Below, piece after piece: positions 22,665 through 33,899 of a stretch of DNA of 64,000 nucleotides. Location: the NCBI GenBank assembly GCA_036172245.1, contig JAYWIR010000006.1:868001-932000 (forward strand), given 5' to 3'. Position 1 is the first letter of the stretch. Every line of letters begins with the position of its first letter. A model generated the notes under the pieces. It was given only the letters and a program-made list of their open reading frames with translations, did no database searches and had not been told where the DNA came from. A program made the position numbers and the translations under genes. The stretch comes from Raillietiella orientalis. Taxonomy: Eukaryota.

Positions 22665-23852
22665 GTAGGAAGGGGTCCCGAGGGTTGAGGGGTCAGCTGC
22701 AAGGAGGGTCGAAGGAAGAGGAAATGTGGAAAAAGAAGAAACCGGGGATGAAAATTTATTGCCCGAGACTTGGTACCCTTCTGCTCTCTTCCGAGAGGAA
22801 TGAAGCAGAGCAACAAAAAAGAGGGATCCTTGAGAAGGGAGGTCGACTTCCTGCAGCTTCTCCGCGCACTTTTCTCTCTTACCCTTCCCTCGAGAGAGAT
22901 CTTTCAGGAGCTCTTGAGAGCGAGGGGAGTCGAACTGCCATCTCTGCCATCCCTGAAGCCTCCCTTCGGACTGTGCCGCGCGGCTGTTCTGTTCTTTAAA
23001 GGGGAATCCGCTCTCATCCCAGCCTGAACGCCCCTTTCCCTTTTTATTTTCTCGCCATCCTTCTCCCTCCTGATACGCGTTCCTTTCCGCAGTCTCCCTT
23101 GCAAAAATTCTGCAGAAGGGAGAGAAGCCATGGGCCCACAGTTCAGGGGGGACGACCCTTCTGGTAAATGGAAAAGCAGGGCATCACCTCTTCCGCAAGC
23201 CCTCTACCCCGATGACCTTCATGGGCAGTTCCTTTCGTCCCGAGACATCGGCGGAGGGGACAGAGGTCGCCGGTGGTTTCTGAGAGCTGCGGCCATTCTC
23301 CGGCGCTCCTCACGCCTCTTCTCTACACCGGATGCGGGAACCTCTCTCCTCCCCCTTCTTCTCTCACGGGCATGCCGCCCTCGTGGAGGGAGGGAGACGG
23401 AGCAAAAAATTCCTCTCTGGAAAGTAGTTTTCCGGAAGCTTCTTAACTCTCCTCCCTTCCTCTTTCCCTTACCAGAGAGCTTCGATCGGAGATGGGGACG
23501 GGGGTGGACGCCGACGGATTTACTGGACGGAAGGCGAGAAAGGAGGAGTGACAAAGCCTCCGCCGACACGGTTCTTCCCCGACCCATACTGACAGAGCTT
23601 TCCAGACGCGCTTCACTGCCATTCCCTCCCCATTTCAAACTCAGAGACCCCCAACCCCTCATTCTTTCATCCCTTTCCCCTTTCAGAGTTCTTTCCCCTA
23701 AAGTTCCGCAGGAGCCGCATTGCCTCGGAGGTTTCGTCCGCCCTTGCCTCCGCCTCCGCCTGCAGGAAGCCGTCCCTGGTGACGCGCCTGCGCAGCATCC
23801 GAATCCCCTGGATCCCGCTGCTGGACGCCGCCGAGGAGCTCTTTCTGTGTAG

Positions 23853-24169
23853 GTGCCCGTCCCGCGGCCCTCGGCCCCTCCGCGTCCGGCGGTGGCGCAT
23901 CATTCCGCGCACGTGTGTGGACAGGTTGCTTCCCGGAGCGCTCCAGGAGAAGAGCGTGCCTGGAGTGGGCCAACGGGCTGCTGCGAGGTGAGGAACCACC
24001 CGCGGAAGACCTGGGACCAGGCTGGTCGGACGGGGAGCGCCTGTGCGCCCTGCTGTGCTGCCTGGACGCCTCCTGCGACTTGCACCCGCAGCTGCTGCGC
24101 CGGGAGAGCGCCTACCGCCGGGTCAGCTTCGCCCTGCGGCACGCCAGGAAGGCTTTCGGGGTGAAGACG
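23853..24169 (+). CDS. Exon 2: calponin-homology (filamin CH2-like) domain
   Basis: Acceptor CTCTTTCTGTGTAG; FRARVWTG..RRACLEWANGLL..DLGPGWSDGERLCALLCCLD..VSFALRHARKAFGVKT; donor ACG|GTAGGC. An alternative acceptor at 23924 gives the same frame. Confidence 0.85.
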
Positions 24170-24228
24170 GTAGGCGAGGGGATAGAAAGAGGGGCCTTCC
24201 ATCCACCCCACCCCGAACTCTTCTCTAG

Positions 24229-26388
24229 ACTCTGACCGCCAACGAGCTGATCTACTGGTCGCCCGAGTCCGAGAAGAAACTGGCGCAGCTGCTTTGGGGC
24301 CTGCGTCGGTCCTGGAGGTCATCGGGCGGGAAGGGAGCCACTGCCGGCGAATGGACGTCTCCTTGCGGCGTCCTCCCCGCTCCGCCCTGCGGAACCGCCG
24401 CCTCATCCGGCCCGGCCGCTCACGCGCCCAACGCGACCGGGCCAGGGCTCCTCTCCGCCCTCGCTCGCGTCAAGACCACTTTCGCAGTCAGGAACCTGCG
24501 GCCTCCCGAGGTTGACCTTGTCCTGGACATCCGCGGGCCATGTGGCGTGCGGTACAGCCAGAGGGTGACCTCCCGCTCCCCTCCCAGGATGAAGTCCGAG
24601 GAGCAGGGGATTTTCCTGCGCTACACCCTCCGGGGTGCGGAGGCGCGAGTGGACTACTCCCTCCCGCTCCCCGGGACCTACTCCCTGGGAGTCATCGTAA
24701 ACCGGAGGCACGTGACGGGCAGTCCCTTTTTACTGGAGGTCGAGGAGCCCCCGGAACCCCGCAGGGCGGACTCCCTGTCGCCCTCCCCGAACCCGATCCC
24801 CTCTTATTACGAGAAGAGGAGATCCAGGAACTCCCCTGCCCTCCTTTCCGGGACGCGGACGCCGTCCCGTCCCCTCAAGGGGAGGCTCAAGCACATCCCC
24901 TCCTTCGAGAGTGACCCATTGCTGCCCGCACCCTCGGGGGACGCGTATAGGGAGCCGCCCAGGAGGACGCAAAGCTGCCTGGAACGCTCAAGCGTCGTGG
25001 GCGTCGCCAAATGGGCGCTGCTCAAGCGCAAGTCCTCCTCCTTCTGCGGGGGAGCAGGAGCCTCCCCATGCCGCCCTCCCCCTCTCCTCAACGGCTGGAA
25101 CGACGTCGCCGCCCTGGAAAACCTCTTCAGACGCCTCCCGCCTCCCCGCTGCGAGATGGGAGGCACCCGGAGCTGCGAGTTCCCGGCGAGCTTCGCCTCC
25201 AGGTCGATGCCCGCGTCCCCGGGTCCCGATGCCCCTGGCGTGGACCACCGTCGCGTCTCGCGGTCCTGGAGTGCGTCCCACCTGTTCCGAGAGGGGGCAT
25301 CGAGGGGCTTGGATCGTCTCCGGGCTCCTTCGGCCTCCTTGTGCTCTCGGAAGGCGGCTGAGACGCCGCCGCCCTCGGACGACCTCCGGGAGGCAGCTCT
25401 CGAAGACACCCCGGCCCGAGCGCGCAGGGATCACCACCGTCCCCGAGGCCGCCTAGGTGAGTGTCCCAAAGGGCGGATCCAGCTCCCCCACCATCCCCTT
25501 CTTCCCCATCTCCCAGAGGACTCCGTGCGGGAGGAGCTCAGAAGCGGTGTGTGCAGTTTCCTGGGGGGTCGCCGGCCCGCGGAGCTGGGGATTCCTCCCC
25601 CCACGGGGGACCCGGAATCATCCGGCCGAGGCGACGACGGGGCCTCCAGGCGGGAGCAGTCACCAGACCGCTTCTTCCAGCTGAGATCCGACCATGGCGA
25701 TGGCAGCGCGCAGGAGGAGGAAGCCCTCATACAGGAGGTCCAGGAAGCCTCCCGAAAGCTCCTCCTGCCGGAGAAGCGGTCGCTCTCTTTGCCATCGATG
25801 CCCCCGCTGGGAGCGCCTCAGGCGGTGGAAGTGGCGGCGGCTCCGCACCCTGAGGAAAACATCTGTGCCGACGCCCGAGAAGCACGTCTTCCGGGGTCAC
25901 CATGCCCCCCGGCGAGCTCCAGCTGCATCGTCTCCGAGCGCCGGAAGTACTGGGACGACCTGCTGGCGGGAGGGGGGGGAAGCCCCCTGCTGCGCCGGTG
26001 GTGCGCCCCGCCTCAGAAGATGCTCGTCAAGAACCGCATCCGGAAGTACCACAGCGTCTTCGAGCCGACTTCAGGAGGGCCTTCGAGCCACCAGAGCTCT
26101 CTAGAGTCCCTACTGAATCCGGGCAGGGGAGAACGGAGGGTGGGGTTACGTAGGGCAGGAAGCAGAGGCGGTTCGGACGGAGACTGCCTCGCCTCCTCTC
26201 CCTCCCCGTCCCCTCCACCGCCTTCCCTAGAGACCGTATGCCCTTCCTCCCTCTCTCCCTCCTCTGGCGATCCAGGGGACCCCAGCGCGGACTTTCAGAG
26301 GAAGCTGCGCCACTGGAAGACGCTCTCCGGCTCCGTCGAGGTGCACGAGGGCGCCTCCCCGACCCCAAGGTCCCACGGCGACCACTGA
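24229..26388 (+). CDS. Exon 3: end of CH domain, one filamin (ABP280) Ig repeat, long Ser/Pro/Arg-rich tail
   Basis: 59-nt GT-AG intron 24170-24228; TLTANELI.. continues the CH domain; ATGPGL..TTFAV..LDIRGP..VDYSLPLPGTYSLGVIVNRRHVTGSPFLLEV is a canonical filamin repeat; 720 codons open; AATAAA at 26419. Confidence 0.88.
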   Translation, partial: TLTANELIYWSPESEKKLAQLLWGLRRSWRSSGGKGATAGEWTSPCGVLPAPPCGTAASSGPAAHAPNATGPGLLSALARVKTTFAVRNLRPPEVDLVLDIRGPCGVRYSQRVTSRSPPRMKSEEQGIFLRYTLRGAEARVDYSLPLPGTYSLGVIVNRRHVTGSPFLLEVEEPPEPRRADSLSPSPNPIPSYYEKRRSRNSPALLSGTRTPSRPLKGRLKHIPSFESDPLLPAPSGDAYREPPRRTQSCLERSSVVGVAKWALLKRKSSSFCGGAGASPCRPPPLLNGWNDVAALENLFRRLPPPRCEMGGTRSCEFPASFASRSMPASPGPDAPGVDHRRVSRSWSASHLFREGASRGLDRLRAPSASLCSRKAAETPPPSDDLREAALEDTPARARRDHHRPRGRLGECPKGRIQLPHHPLLPHLPEDSVREELRSGVCSFLGGRRPAELGIPPPTGDPESSGRGDDGASRREQSPDRFFQLRSDHGDGSAQEEEALIQEVQEASRKLLLPEKRSLSLPSMPPLGAPQAVEVAAAPHPEENICADAREARLPGSPCPPASSSCIVSERRKYWDDLLAGGGGSPLLRRWCAPPQKMLVKNRIRKYHSVFEPTSGGPSSHQSSLESLLNPGRGERRVGLRRAGSRGGSDGDCLASSPSPSPPPPSLETVCPSSLSPSSGDPGDPSADFQRKLRHWKTLSGSVEVHEGASPTPRSHGDH

Positions 26389-26799
26389 TGGCCCCGCGTG
26401 GGAGACGCACCAGGCGGGAATAAACGCAGCCTCCCGTCTGTCTCCAGAGCAGACGCTCCCCCCGCCTCTCCTTCCTTCCAGAGAAGCCCAGGGGAAATCA
26501 CCGCGCTGGCGCTCCCTTTTCTTCTTCCGGAAGAGGGCAGCGCGCTCGGCATGCGGGAGACCACCTTAACTTCCCGCCGGGACTTCCAGGAGCCCCGGGT
26601 CTGGGGGAGTGGGGGGGAGAACGGGAAACACACGATTTCCGATACTCAGCTCACCATCTTGCCGGAGGGAGGGAGGGAAGGTGATGTCAGCTGTATGCTG
26701 GGGCCAAAAAGGTTCCACACGGCCGAGTGGTGCTGCGCCACGAGAAAGAGGGCACAGCGAGGTCGTGTGACTTCCTGTCCGAGGAAGGGGCGCGCGGAT

Positions 26800-27550
26800 C
26801 ACTGACTCTCCTGCCCGCTCCCGCTTTTGGGAAGGCGGACGGGCAGCTGCGGAACGCGGTCTTTCCCTGAAGCACATCTCCCTTTCCCAGCGCACACGGA
26901 GGGCTGTCCGGGGAGCAGCCCGCTCTTGGACCCTCTCTTCAAGGAGCAGCGGGCTCCTGGACCGAGATCTTCTGGGTCTCGGCCTTCCCTGCGATTGCAA
27001 CGCTAGCACGACCGCGTCCAAGCGCGGCGAGACTGGCAGGTCATGACGTCTCTCCAGAGAAGCCCGGAAAGTCCAGCGGTAGCCAGAGCAACGTCGCAAC
27101 ACTCGTCAACAAAACGGGGTCACCGGGAGAGAAAAATGTGCCGCACTCTTGCAGCTGGTGTCTTCTGCCTTCGTGCAGGACACTGGATTCGTGTCGCTCC
27201 GTTGCTCCGCTGTTTGGTTGTGCTCGTGCTTCCCACTGTTTAGTCTTTCCCCTTGGGCTGCAATGATGTCCAGGGACGCAAGGGTGCCGCCGACACGAAG
27301 GCCTCGCGAAAGAAATGGTCCAGACTGCAAGCAGAAATCTGAATTTGGAACACTCCTTTTTTTCCGTCCCCCCCATCTCACCTCCCTAAGCCATCCTGTC
27401 GCCAACGCTTCCTTCTGATGGGACGCGGCAACCTCAGACAGTGTCGCGTCCTTCAGGAACACTCCCCATGACAGAGCTGCTGCTCTCTCTCGTCTTCTGA
27501 GACGGCCGACATTAGTCCTGAAGATGTTCACTGATCCAGTTCCCGAGTTC
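26800..27550 (-). mobile_element. L1-like APE C-terminus/linker relic
   Basis: CSLDHFF resembles SRLDYFF, followed by a helical linker-like region; frameshifted. Confidence 0.35.
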
Positions 27551-27593
27551 CCATGACTGGATGACCTGCCAGTGGCCAGCAGCTCTCAGATAG

Positions 27594-28030
27594 AAGGCAA
27601 GGTGGTTTTTCACCCGGATAGACCTGGGCATTTATTATTGAAATTTTAACAGAACAAATTTTTATAATAAAGTCTTTATGTTCATTCAGGCAGAACGTGG
27701 TTCCGTCTGTCTTGCAACACCTGTCTTTACCGGCCCGCAGGCCGGTGAGGTCCTCGCCGCAGGCGAATGGGATTCGAAAGCAACACAAGAACAAAAAAGA
27801 AAAAACGAAGAAGGGAGGACAATGTTCTCTGGGAAGGGGAGGAAAGGCAAGGTGGCTTTCCACCCGGGTAAGCTGGGGCTTTTATTATTAAAATTTTTAC
27901 AGTGAAAATTTCATAATGAAGTCTTGTCTTTTCCAATCTCATTAGAGTTTTTTTTTTTTTTTTTCAGAACACAATTTCTGGCTGTCTTGGGCACTTGTCC
28001 TTACCGACCCGCAGGCCGGTAAGGTGGTGG
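27594..28030 (-). mobile_element. Two tandem L1/Tx1-like 3' ends; the distal 238-bp copy (27606-27843) is flanked by a 12-bp direct repeat
   Basis: Both units carry CCGGCCTGCGGGYCGG, AATAATAAA and CCGGGTG; CCACCTTGCCTT occurs at 27844-27855 and 27594-27605 (minus strand). Confidence 0.8.
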
Positions 28031-28279
28031 AGCCTTCACATCAGGACTATTGGCTCCGGGCAGGCTGCTCCGGAAGAGTCCTCAGTTGAGGTCGCCATTG
28101 CTGAACCTCTCTTGCCGACGGCTCGATCACCGCCCCGGTGGCAGCACGTTCCGGAATGGCCAACCCCCACCCCCATCCCTGGCAAGAGAAGTTTCCTCTC
28201 CCTTCAAAAGAGCCCCCTCGTTCTGCTGCCTATCCTGATGCCTCCTCAAGAGGTTGGCTTTGTTTTTGCCTCAAGGTAA

Positions 28280-29950
28280 GACCCAGAGCGCTTGCTCGGG
28301 TGGTAATCAGACCACTTGGGTGTCAGCCGAGGACCACCAGCCGGAAATCCACGGATGCGACGGAAAGCGCAAAGGTGCGCGAAGAACCACGACCTCCCTG
28401 CGCGGGAGCCGCTGGCGCACTTCTCCAAGAGGGACAAGAAGAGAGATCCCGACGCGTCCTTGCTGCTGCTCCTTTGCCTGCTACGCGGGTTCCGCGCGGC
28501 CTGCGCATGGGAGCAGGCTTCTGGCCCGCGGGAAGTCAAACGGGCAGAGGGGCTCTCCTCGCTCCCGCCGCGCACTCCCGGACGGCTTCCCTCCTCGACA
28601 GTTTCTGCGGGGAGAGCGTCTGAGATCACGGGCGTTCCCATCCGCAGGCTCCGGAAGAAGGATCGCCGAGCCGCCGCCCTCGGGAACGAAGGTGGGCGGT
28701 GGAGCGTTTCCAAGTATCGGGTAACCGCGGAGGCACACGCGGACGCCGAGCTGGCACGCGGCCAACCCTCCTGGGGCTTCGGGACTAGTAGGGAATGGGA
28801 GATCCATTGCGGAAAACTTTCCCGTCGGGGATCACGGAGATGCCTGCCGCTTCCGCATTCCCATCGGCACATCCTACCCACTCCGGTGAATTTCAAAGGG
28901 AGAGGAGCACTCGCGCGTAAAAGACAAAGAAAAAGAAAAAAAAAATGCGATTTAGGCTCGATGAGACGCGCGTCTCTCGTTTCCCGGGTACCTCGCTGCG
29001 TTCTTCGCCTCATCATCTCCACGCAGAACCCACAGGGAAGTTTGCTTGTGCGCCATCGCCACAGCCCCGCCACCAGGAAGGTTCGCTTCGCTCCTCCTCA
29101 CGAAGGGCCGATCGCAAGTCTCATCTTGCCCTCGTCTGGCTCTGCACTCTGAGATTTCGAGCCAGGAGGCGTCCGGCGAGCTGGAAGTCGGCAGTCAGTT
29201 GGATCGGTCCACGCCGCCCCCTGCTCTCAGAAGACGCTCCGGAGACTGCAGGCGAAACGTTCGTTTAGCAGAAGTGACGGACTGCTCCTTGCGATGTGGA
29301 AGTGGAATTTGCTGACCACCTGAGCTCGCAACAGCATTCATCGAAGGTCATTCGGCGGGAAAGCATTATTTTTTACTCTCTTTCTCCCGCGCCTTCCGTC
29401 CACGACAAAGAGGAGCAGCTTCCGGCGCGGTCGGGGCGCGCGTCCAAGATGGTCGCAGAGAGCCCTCGTCTTGTTTTTTGCTTCTTTCACCCCACCGTCG
29501 CGCGGCGCAGGGCTGCTCTTTGCGTCGCCGGTCCGGTCCCCGCTGGAAGCGTTTCGAACTGGCAGCGAAGTGGGAAAACTTGTTTGACCACTTCCGCCCA
29601 AGAGCGCCTGGGACTCGCAGGGTTTCGAACTTCATGAAGAAAAGAAAATTTCTCCGAGGAGCGCAGAACCTTCCTATCCACTTGGTGAATGCGAGAACCC
29701 CCCAAACGTGGATGGGGGAGGGGGGGAGTATTCTCTTGTCGGCGTCGAGACTCGGAAACGAGATCACACCTGGGAAGGTCGGAGCAGCGAGAGAAGACTT
29801 TAGCAAAGCAGCCCCGGCGGGCCACGATGGCTAGAAGGCAGCTGCGTGGACAATCTGCTTTGTGTTCCAGGCAGTGCCGTAGACCACGGAAGCATTCCGG
29901 ACGCGGAGCTTGTCGCGAAAGCACCGCTTCCCGGTCTTTTGGATACGATC
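28280..29950 (+). mobile_element. Mosaic of L1-like ORF2 relics (RT N-terminus and post-RT GGLG region)
   Basis: EVKRA..PDGFP..KLSRR..LP..FKGR at 28530-28905; ISSQEA..-like preamble at ~29150; KTCLTTSAQERLGL at ~29580. Confidence 0.5.
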
Positions 29951-30167
29951 AAAGTGCAGACCTGTGACCTGTGACCGCAAAACTGCGACCTCTGCTGGAG
30001 AAGAAGAAGGCCGTTTGTTGCACAGTTCAGGGTTTGCAGGCAGATCCGACGATCCGGTCTGTAAGAAGAACACGCAGGGATGCGAGTGGAGCCCGATGTT
30101 GTGTGATTCTGCAAACTCGTTTCCCCGTTGAGACGCGTGACCCCGCTGGCTCAAAGGAAGTTCGGCT

Positions 30168-30490
30168 CAACCCCGAACGATCGAAATCCCGAATGTCGAA
30201 ATCTCCAAAGATCATGCAAAAATAAATGTATGCGTTCATATATCAGTATACATTCATATACAATGATTGTACATGAAACAGATGTATAAATATCGTATTA
30301 CAAACATGTATATTCATCAAACGATCAAAATCCCGAAAACATTATACACGTAAGTATATACAGTAAGCATGTATATTTATTTTCATGACCTTTATAATAT
30401 ATATTAATCTTCATATGAATACATGTATCAATGTGTATATTTATTTTTCAATCATCTTCCGGAATTTTTCCACGTTCGGGATTTTGACGG
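30168..30490. mobile_element. AT-rich MITE-like remnant with inverted subterminal AAATCCCGAA repeats
   Basis: AACGATCRAAATCCCGAA at 30176 and ~30320, inverted TTCGGGATTTTGA at 30475-30487, AT-rich non-coding core. Confidence 0.55.
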
Positions 30491-31879
30491 GCCTATGGTC
30501 CAACTTGTAGCCTCTCAGGACGTCTGAGAGAAAGCGCATTCACCCGTGGGTTGCGCCGGTTATGACGAGGTCTGCTGCAAGAAGTGGAGCCATAGACCTG
30601 AGTGCATGCCTATTTTTTTTTTTTTGCCTTCCTTCTTGCTTTTGATCTATTTCGACGTTGCCTCGTCAGGGAATCTGAAGTCGGGGGTAAGCGAGTCTGT
30701 CGGCCGTGTCGTGTTATGAGGTAGCACATTCGTGAGCGGTGTCGTTGGCTGATTCTTGAGTGGGACACATTCCTGCCACGTGGACTGGAGACCCGTGGCG
30801 ATTTTCCAATGACGGATTGCACGTGCCCTTCCGTGGATGGGAAAACTTGACCAGAACCCTCGAGCACCCTCCTGCAGCAGCACCGAATCGAGCAACGGGT
30901 CTCACAAGCTCCACTGCTGCTGGAGCTGAGTCTGTCTCAGGGCTTCGTCCGTGATGGACACTTCTCCATAGCGCTCGACGCATCGATGTAGGGGTCGTAA
31001 CGAGGCAGAACGGTCGAAGCGCCCGCCCCCTTGCTCGACTCTTCGGTTCCCGGCGCTTTGTTTTGCCTGATATCCAAACAAATCAAAGAGTTGAAAAGGT
31101 AAGGCTCGTTCTTGTGAACCGATCAGGTCCTGGCTCTAGGCTACCTCCACTGCACTCGTGGGGCGTCCAGATAACATCAAGCGGATGCTTTCTTCATGCG
31201 CTGATGCTGTTTTCGCGTGGCATGGGCTGGTCGGTCTTTCGCTTTGCTCCGTGGCTGCGCTCGAAGCTCCCACTCCGTGGCTCCTTTTTTGGGCGCAGCA
31301 TGGTGTGACCATTCATTCTGAACACCGATTTGGCAATGGCACGCTCTTTCAACCTTCGGATGGAGAGTGAGGGATCAATAAATCCGAGCAATCGAATGCG
31401 GAGTCACTGCCAGTGAGAAGGAGAGAGGGGAGGGGGGGGAGAGAATTCAGGACCAGACGGAAGTTATCTGCAAACTTGGTCTTCTGTTCCTTTTGGATGG
31501 AATTCGCTCGAGGCTGGCACGGTCAAAATCCCATAGGGGGAAAACAGCTTACCGAGGTCCTCTCCATGCATTGCTAACCAGAGTCGCAGGCGGTCATGGG
31601 ATAGATAACTTTTTCGTTCCCAGATGGCTTCCTGAAGACTCTTGGAAAATCTGCGGCAGAGATGCGAAAAGAGCGAGGACACGTTGGACACGTTTCCACT
31701 TAATTACCAGATGGCTCCTTCCAGATACGGAAAAGTTTCCGCCGTTCTCATTCCTCGAAAAGCAAAAAAAAAGAAAGAAAGAAGGGAAGCAGAACCGATA
31801 TCGGACAGTTCATCTTGTTTGTAAAAGATCACAAAAAAAAAAGATCTCATCTTTTCTTTGTACTCCGAAAAATGAACCA

Positions 31880-32390
31880 AACCAAGCCCGCTACGGCTTT
31901 CCCTTCCCCCCTCTCTCCCCTCGAAAACACCTCGTAGGTGTCTTGTCACACCGTGCTGCACTCGTACCATTCCTGCGGTGCACCTCGGAAGAAACAAAAC
32001 GCCGTCTGCGTTTCTGCGTGTGTCCTCGGAGGTCGGTCCGAGGATCCGTCCTTCCGCGAGAATCGCACCGAGCACTTGACAACCACGCCGAGCGCGTGAT
32101 GCAGGAACTCGGTGTATGTGTGTGTGTGTGGGAAGAGGGGAAGAGGTCGTCACCGATTACGTCTGCTGCAGATCTGTCGACCTTCCTGGCTCCAGTAGGT
32201 GGGGAATCACGAGCCCCCTTGTCCCGCGTATCCGACGTCTGCAGGCATGCCGAGCAGCTCAAGAAACCTTGCACGGCAACCCTGAGTGTGCGGGCCCTAC
32301 AGGGAACCAACCAGAGTGTTTGGAGAACCATTATCCCTCCAAGATCCCTGGCGGTTGGATTGACACCCTGTTGCGCGGGGCGTTCATCTA
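31880..32390 (+). mobile_element. L1-like RT core relic (subdomains 4-6)
   Basis: RSVRGSVLP and ITSAADLSTFL lie at the spacing of GVRQG..SP and YADD..FL. Confidence 0.45.
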
Positions 32391-32439
32391 TAAAAAAAAA
32401 TAAACATACAAGTCAATGGCAGGACTCTTGATCTTGCTA

Positions 32440-32900
32440 CGTTACAAATGTAACTATAAAAACCTGATGGGAACCGGCTCGCAGGCCGGCGAGGTTCGCC
32501 TCGGCAGCAGAGGGGAAGGGGGAACACACACACACAAAAATTAAAACAAAAAAAATATATACGAAAAAAAATTTGGGAGCGTTCGGGAAGGGATCATTGG
32601 GTGCTGGAGGACGTCCTCTGCATCCTATGCAGGATGCCGGCAAGTTCCTGTTTCAGGATCCCCAGGTAAGACCATCTTGACGCTATCCAGATGAAGAGGA
32701 CGGCACGATAAATGGCGTCCCTTCCAGGATGGTAACCTTGGTCAGAAGGATTCCCTGGATCTCCGTCCTCTCCGCGAACTGGACAACCTGGCTGCAGGGA
32801 GTCAGATCCTGGCAACCGGATGGATTCCTAAACGGGCACACAGCCGAGTCAAGAGGCGAAAAGAAAAGAGCAGGTGCTCTCTCTGCTTTGCACATCTCAA
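32440..32900 (-). mobile_element. L1/Tx1-like 3' fragment
   Basis: 3' UTR GCTGCCGAGGCGAACCTCGCCGGCCTGCGAGCCGGTTCCCATCAGGTT closely parallels 5369-5417; T-rich tract; degenerate ORF2 end. Confidence 0.75.
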
Positions 32901-32909
32901 GGTGAGAAG

Positions 32910-33370
32910 TTCCTAAGGTGTTCTGGAGCCCTCCGGCTGTTCCAGGAGAATCGCGGCTGCTAGCGGCTCCCTATTTCCTGAGCACACCTGCAAGGTAAGA
33001 AGATCGCCTCTTCCTTGCCATGCAGGTGACTTCGTCTCCCCGGTCACCGAGCCTCTCTGGGAGTCATCAGCGTGACGTTTTTGGAATCCATCCCTCCGTG
33101 GAGCTGGAAGCTGAGCCTTGAAGGAATGTTGCTCTGAAGACGACCGGCGGAAGAGGTTAGGTTGTTTCCCTAGCTCCCGCGCCTGTTTTCTCCCACGACT
33201 GCGTGCCTTCCTCCTCTTTGGCAACAAATTGGAGATCATCCTTCCACGAACTCTCTTCCTTCTCCTCCTTCTGGTGTCTCCTCGCCCTGAAGAACCGTTG
33301 CGGAGTCCACTCAGGAACCTAGGCTCTTCTCTTTGAATTTCGGTCGCGTAAGAATACCGGCGGCCTTTGA
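32910..33370 (-). mobile_element. L1-like APE-RT linker relic
   Basis: KARSRGRKQARELGKQPNLF..RRDG resembles the RSR...GEKxxxxF...DG linker motif. Confidence 0.45.
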
Positions 33371-33899
33371 GAAGCACCCGTGACGATCACGTGACCGGGA
33401 GCGAAAACTGGTCACGCCCTGTTGTTGGGAGTCGCGTGACGCGATCGGGTTTCGAGTCGCCTCACCTTGCATCAGAGCAATCGTCATTCGAAAGCGAAAT
33501 CATCTGCTCTGATCCGGGGACCTCGCGTCTCGCAAGCTCTGAAGAGCGATTGGTGCAAGAGGGTCTTAAATGGCGCAGGAAGAGCTTCCGAAACTTCCCT
33601 CCGATGCAAAAGGAAGGAAAAAAAAAAAAAGGAAAGGAAAGAAAAAGAAACACAAGTTCGCAAGAATGCACAGACCGGCTTCGCAAGAAAAAACTAAACG
33701 TGCCACAGGGAAAGCGGGAGGGAGTACAGAGCTGATATTGCCAGAAGATGGACACTCGAGAACCGCTCCCACCAAAGTGGAAACCAACGACTTTCATCTC
33801 TTGCTCCTTCACTTCTCACCTCCACCACCACACTGCCAGAGGTGGATGATCAGCTAGCTCGGAGCAAAGGGATAGAAACAGCATTCGTCCTGGCCGAAG

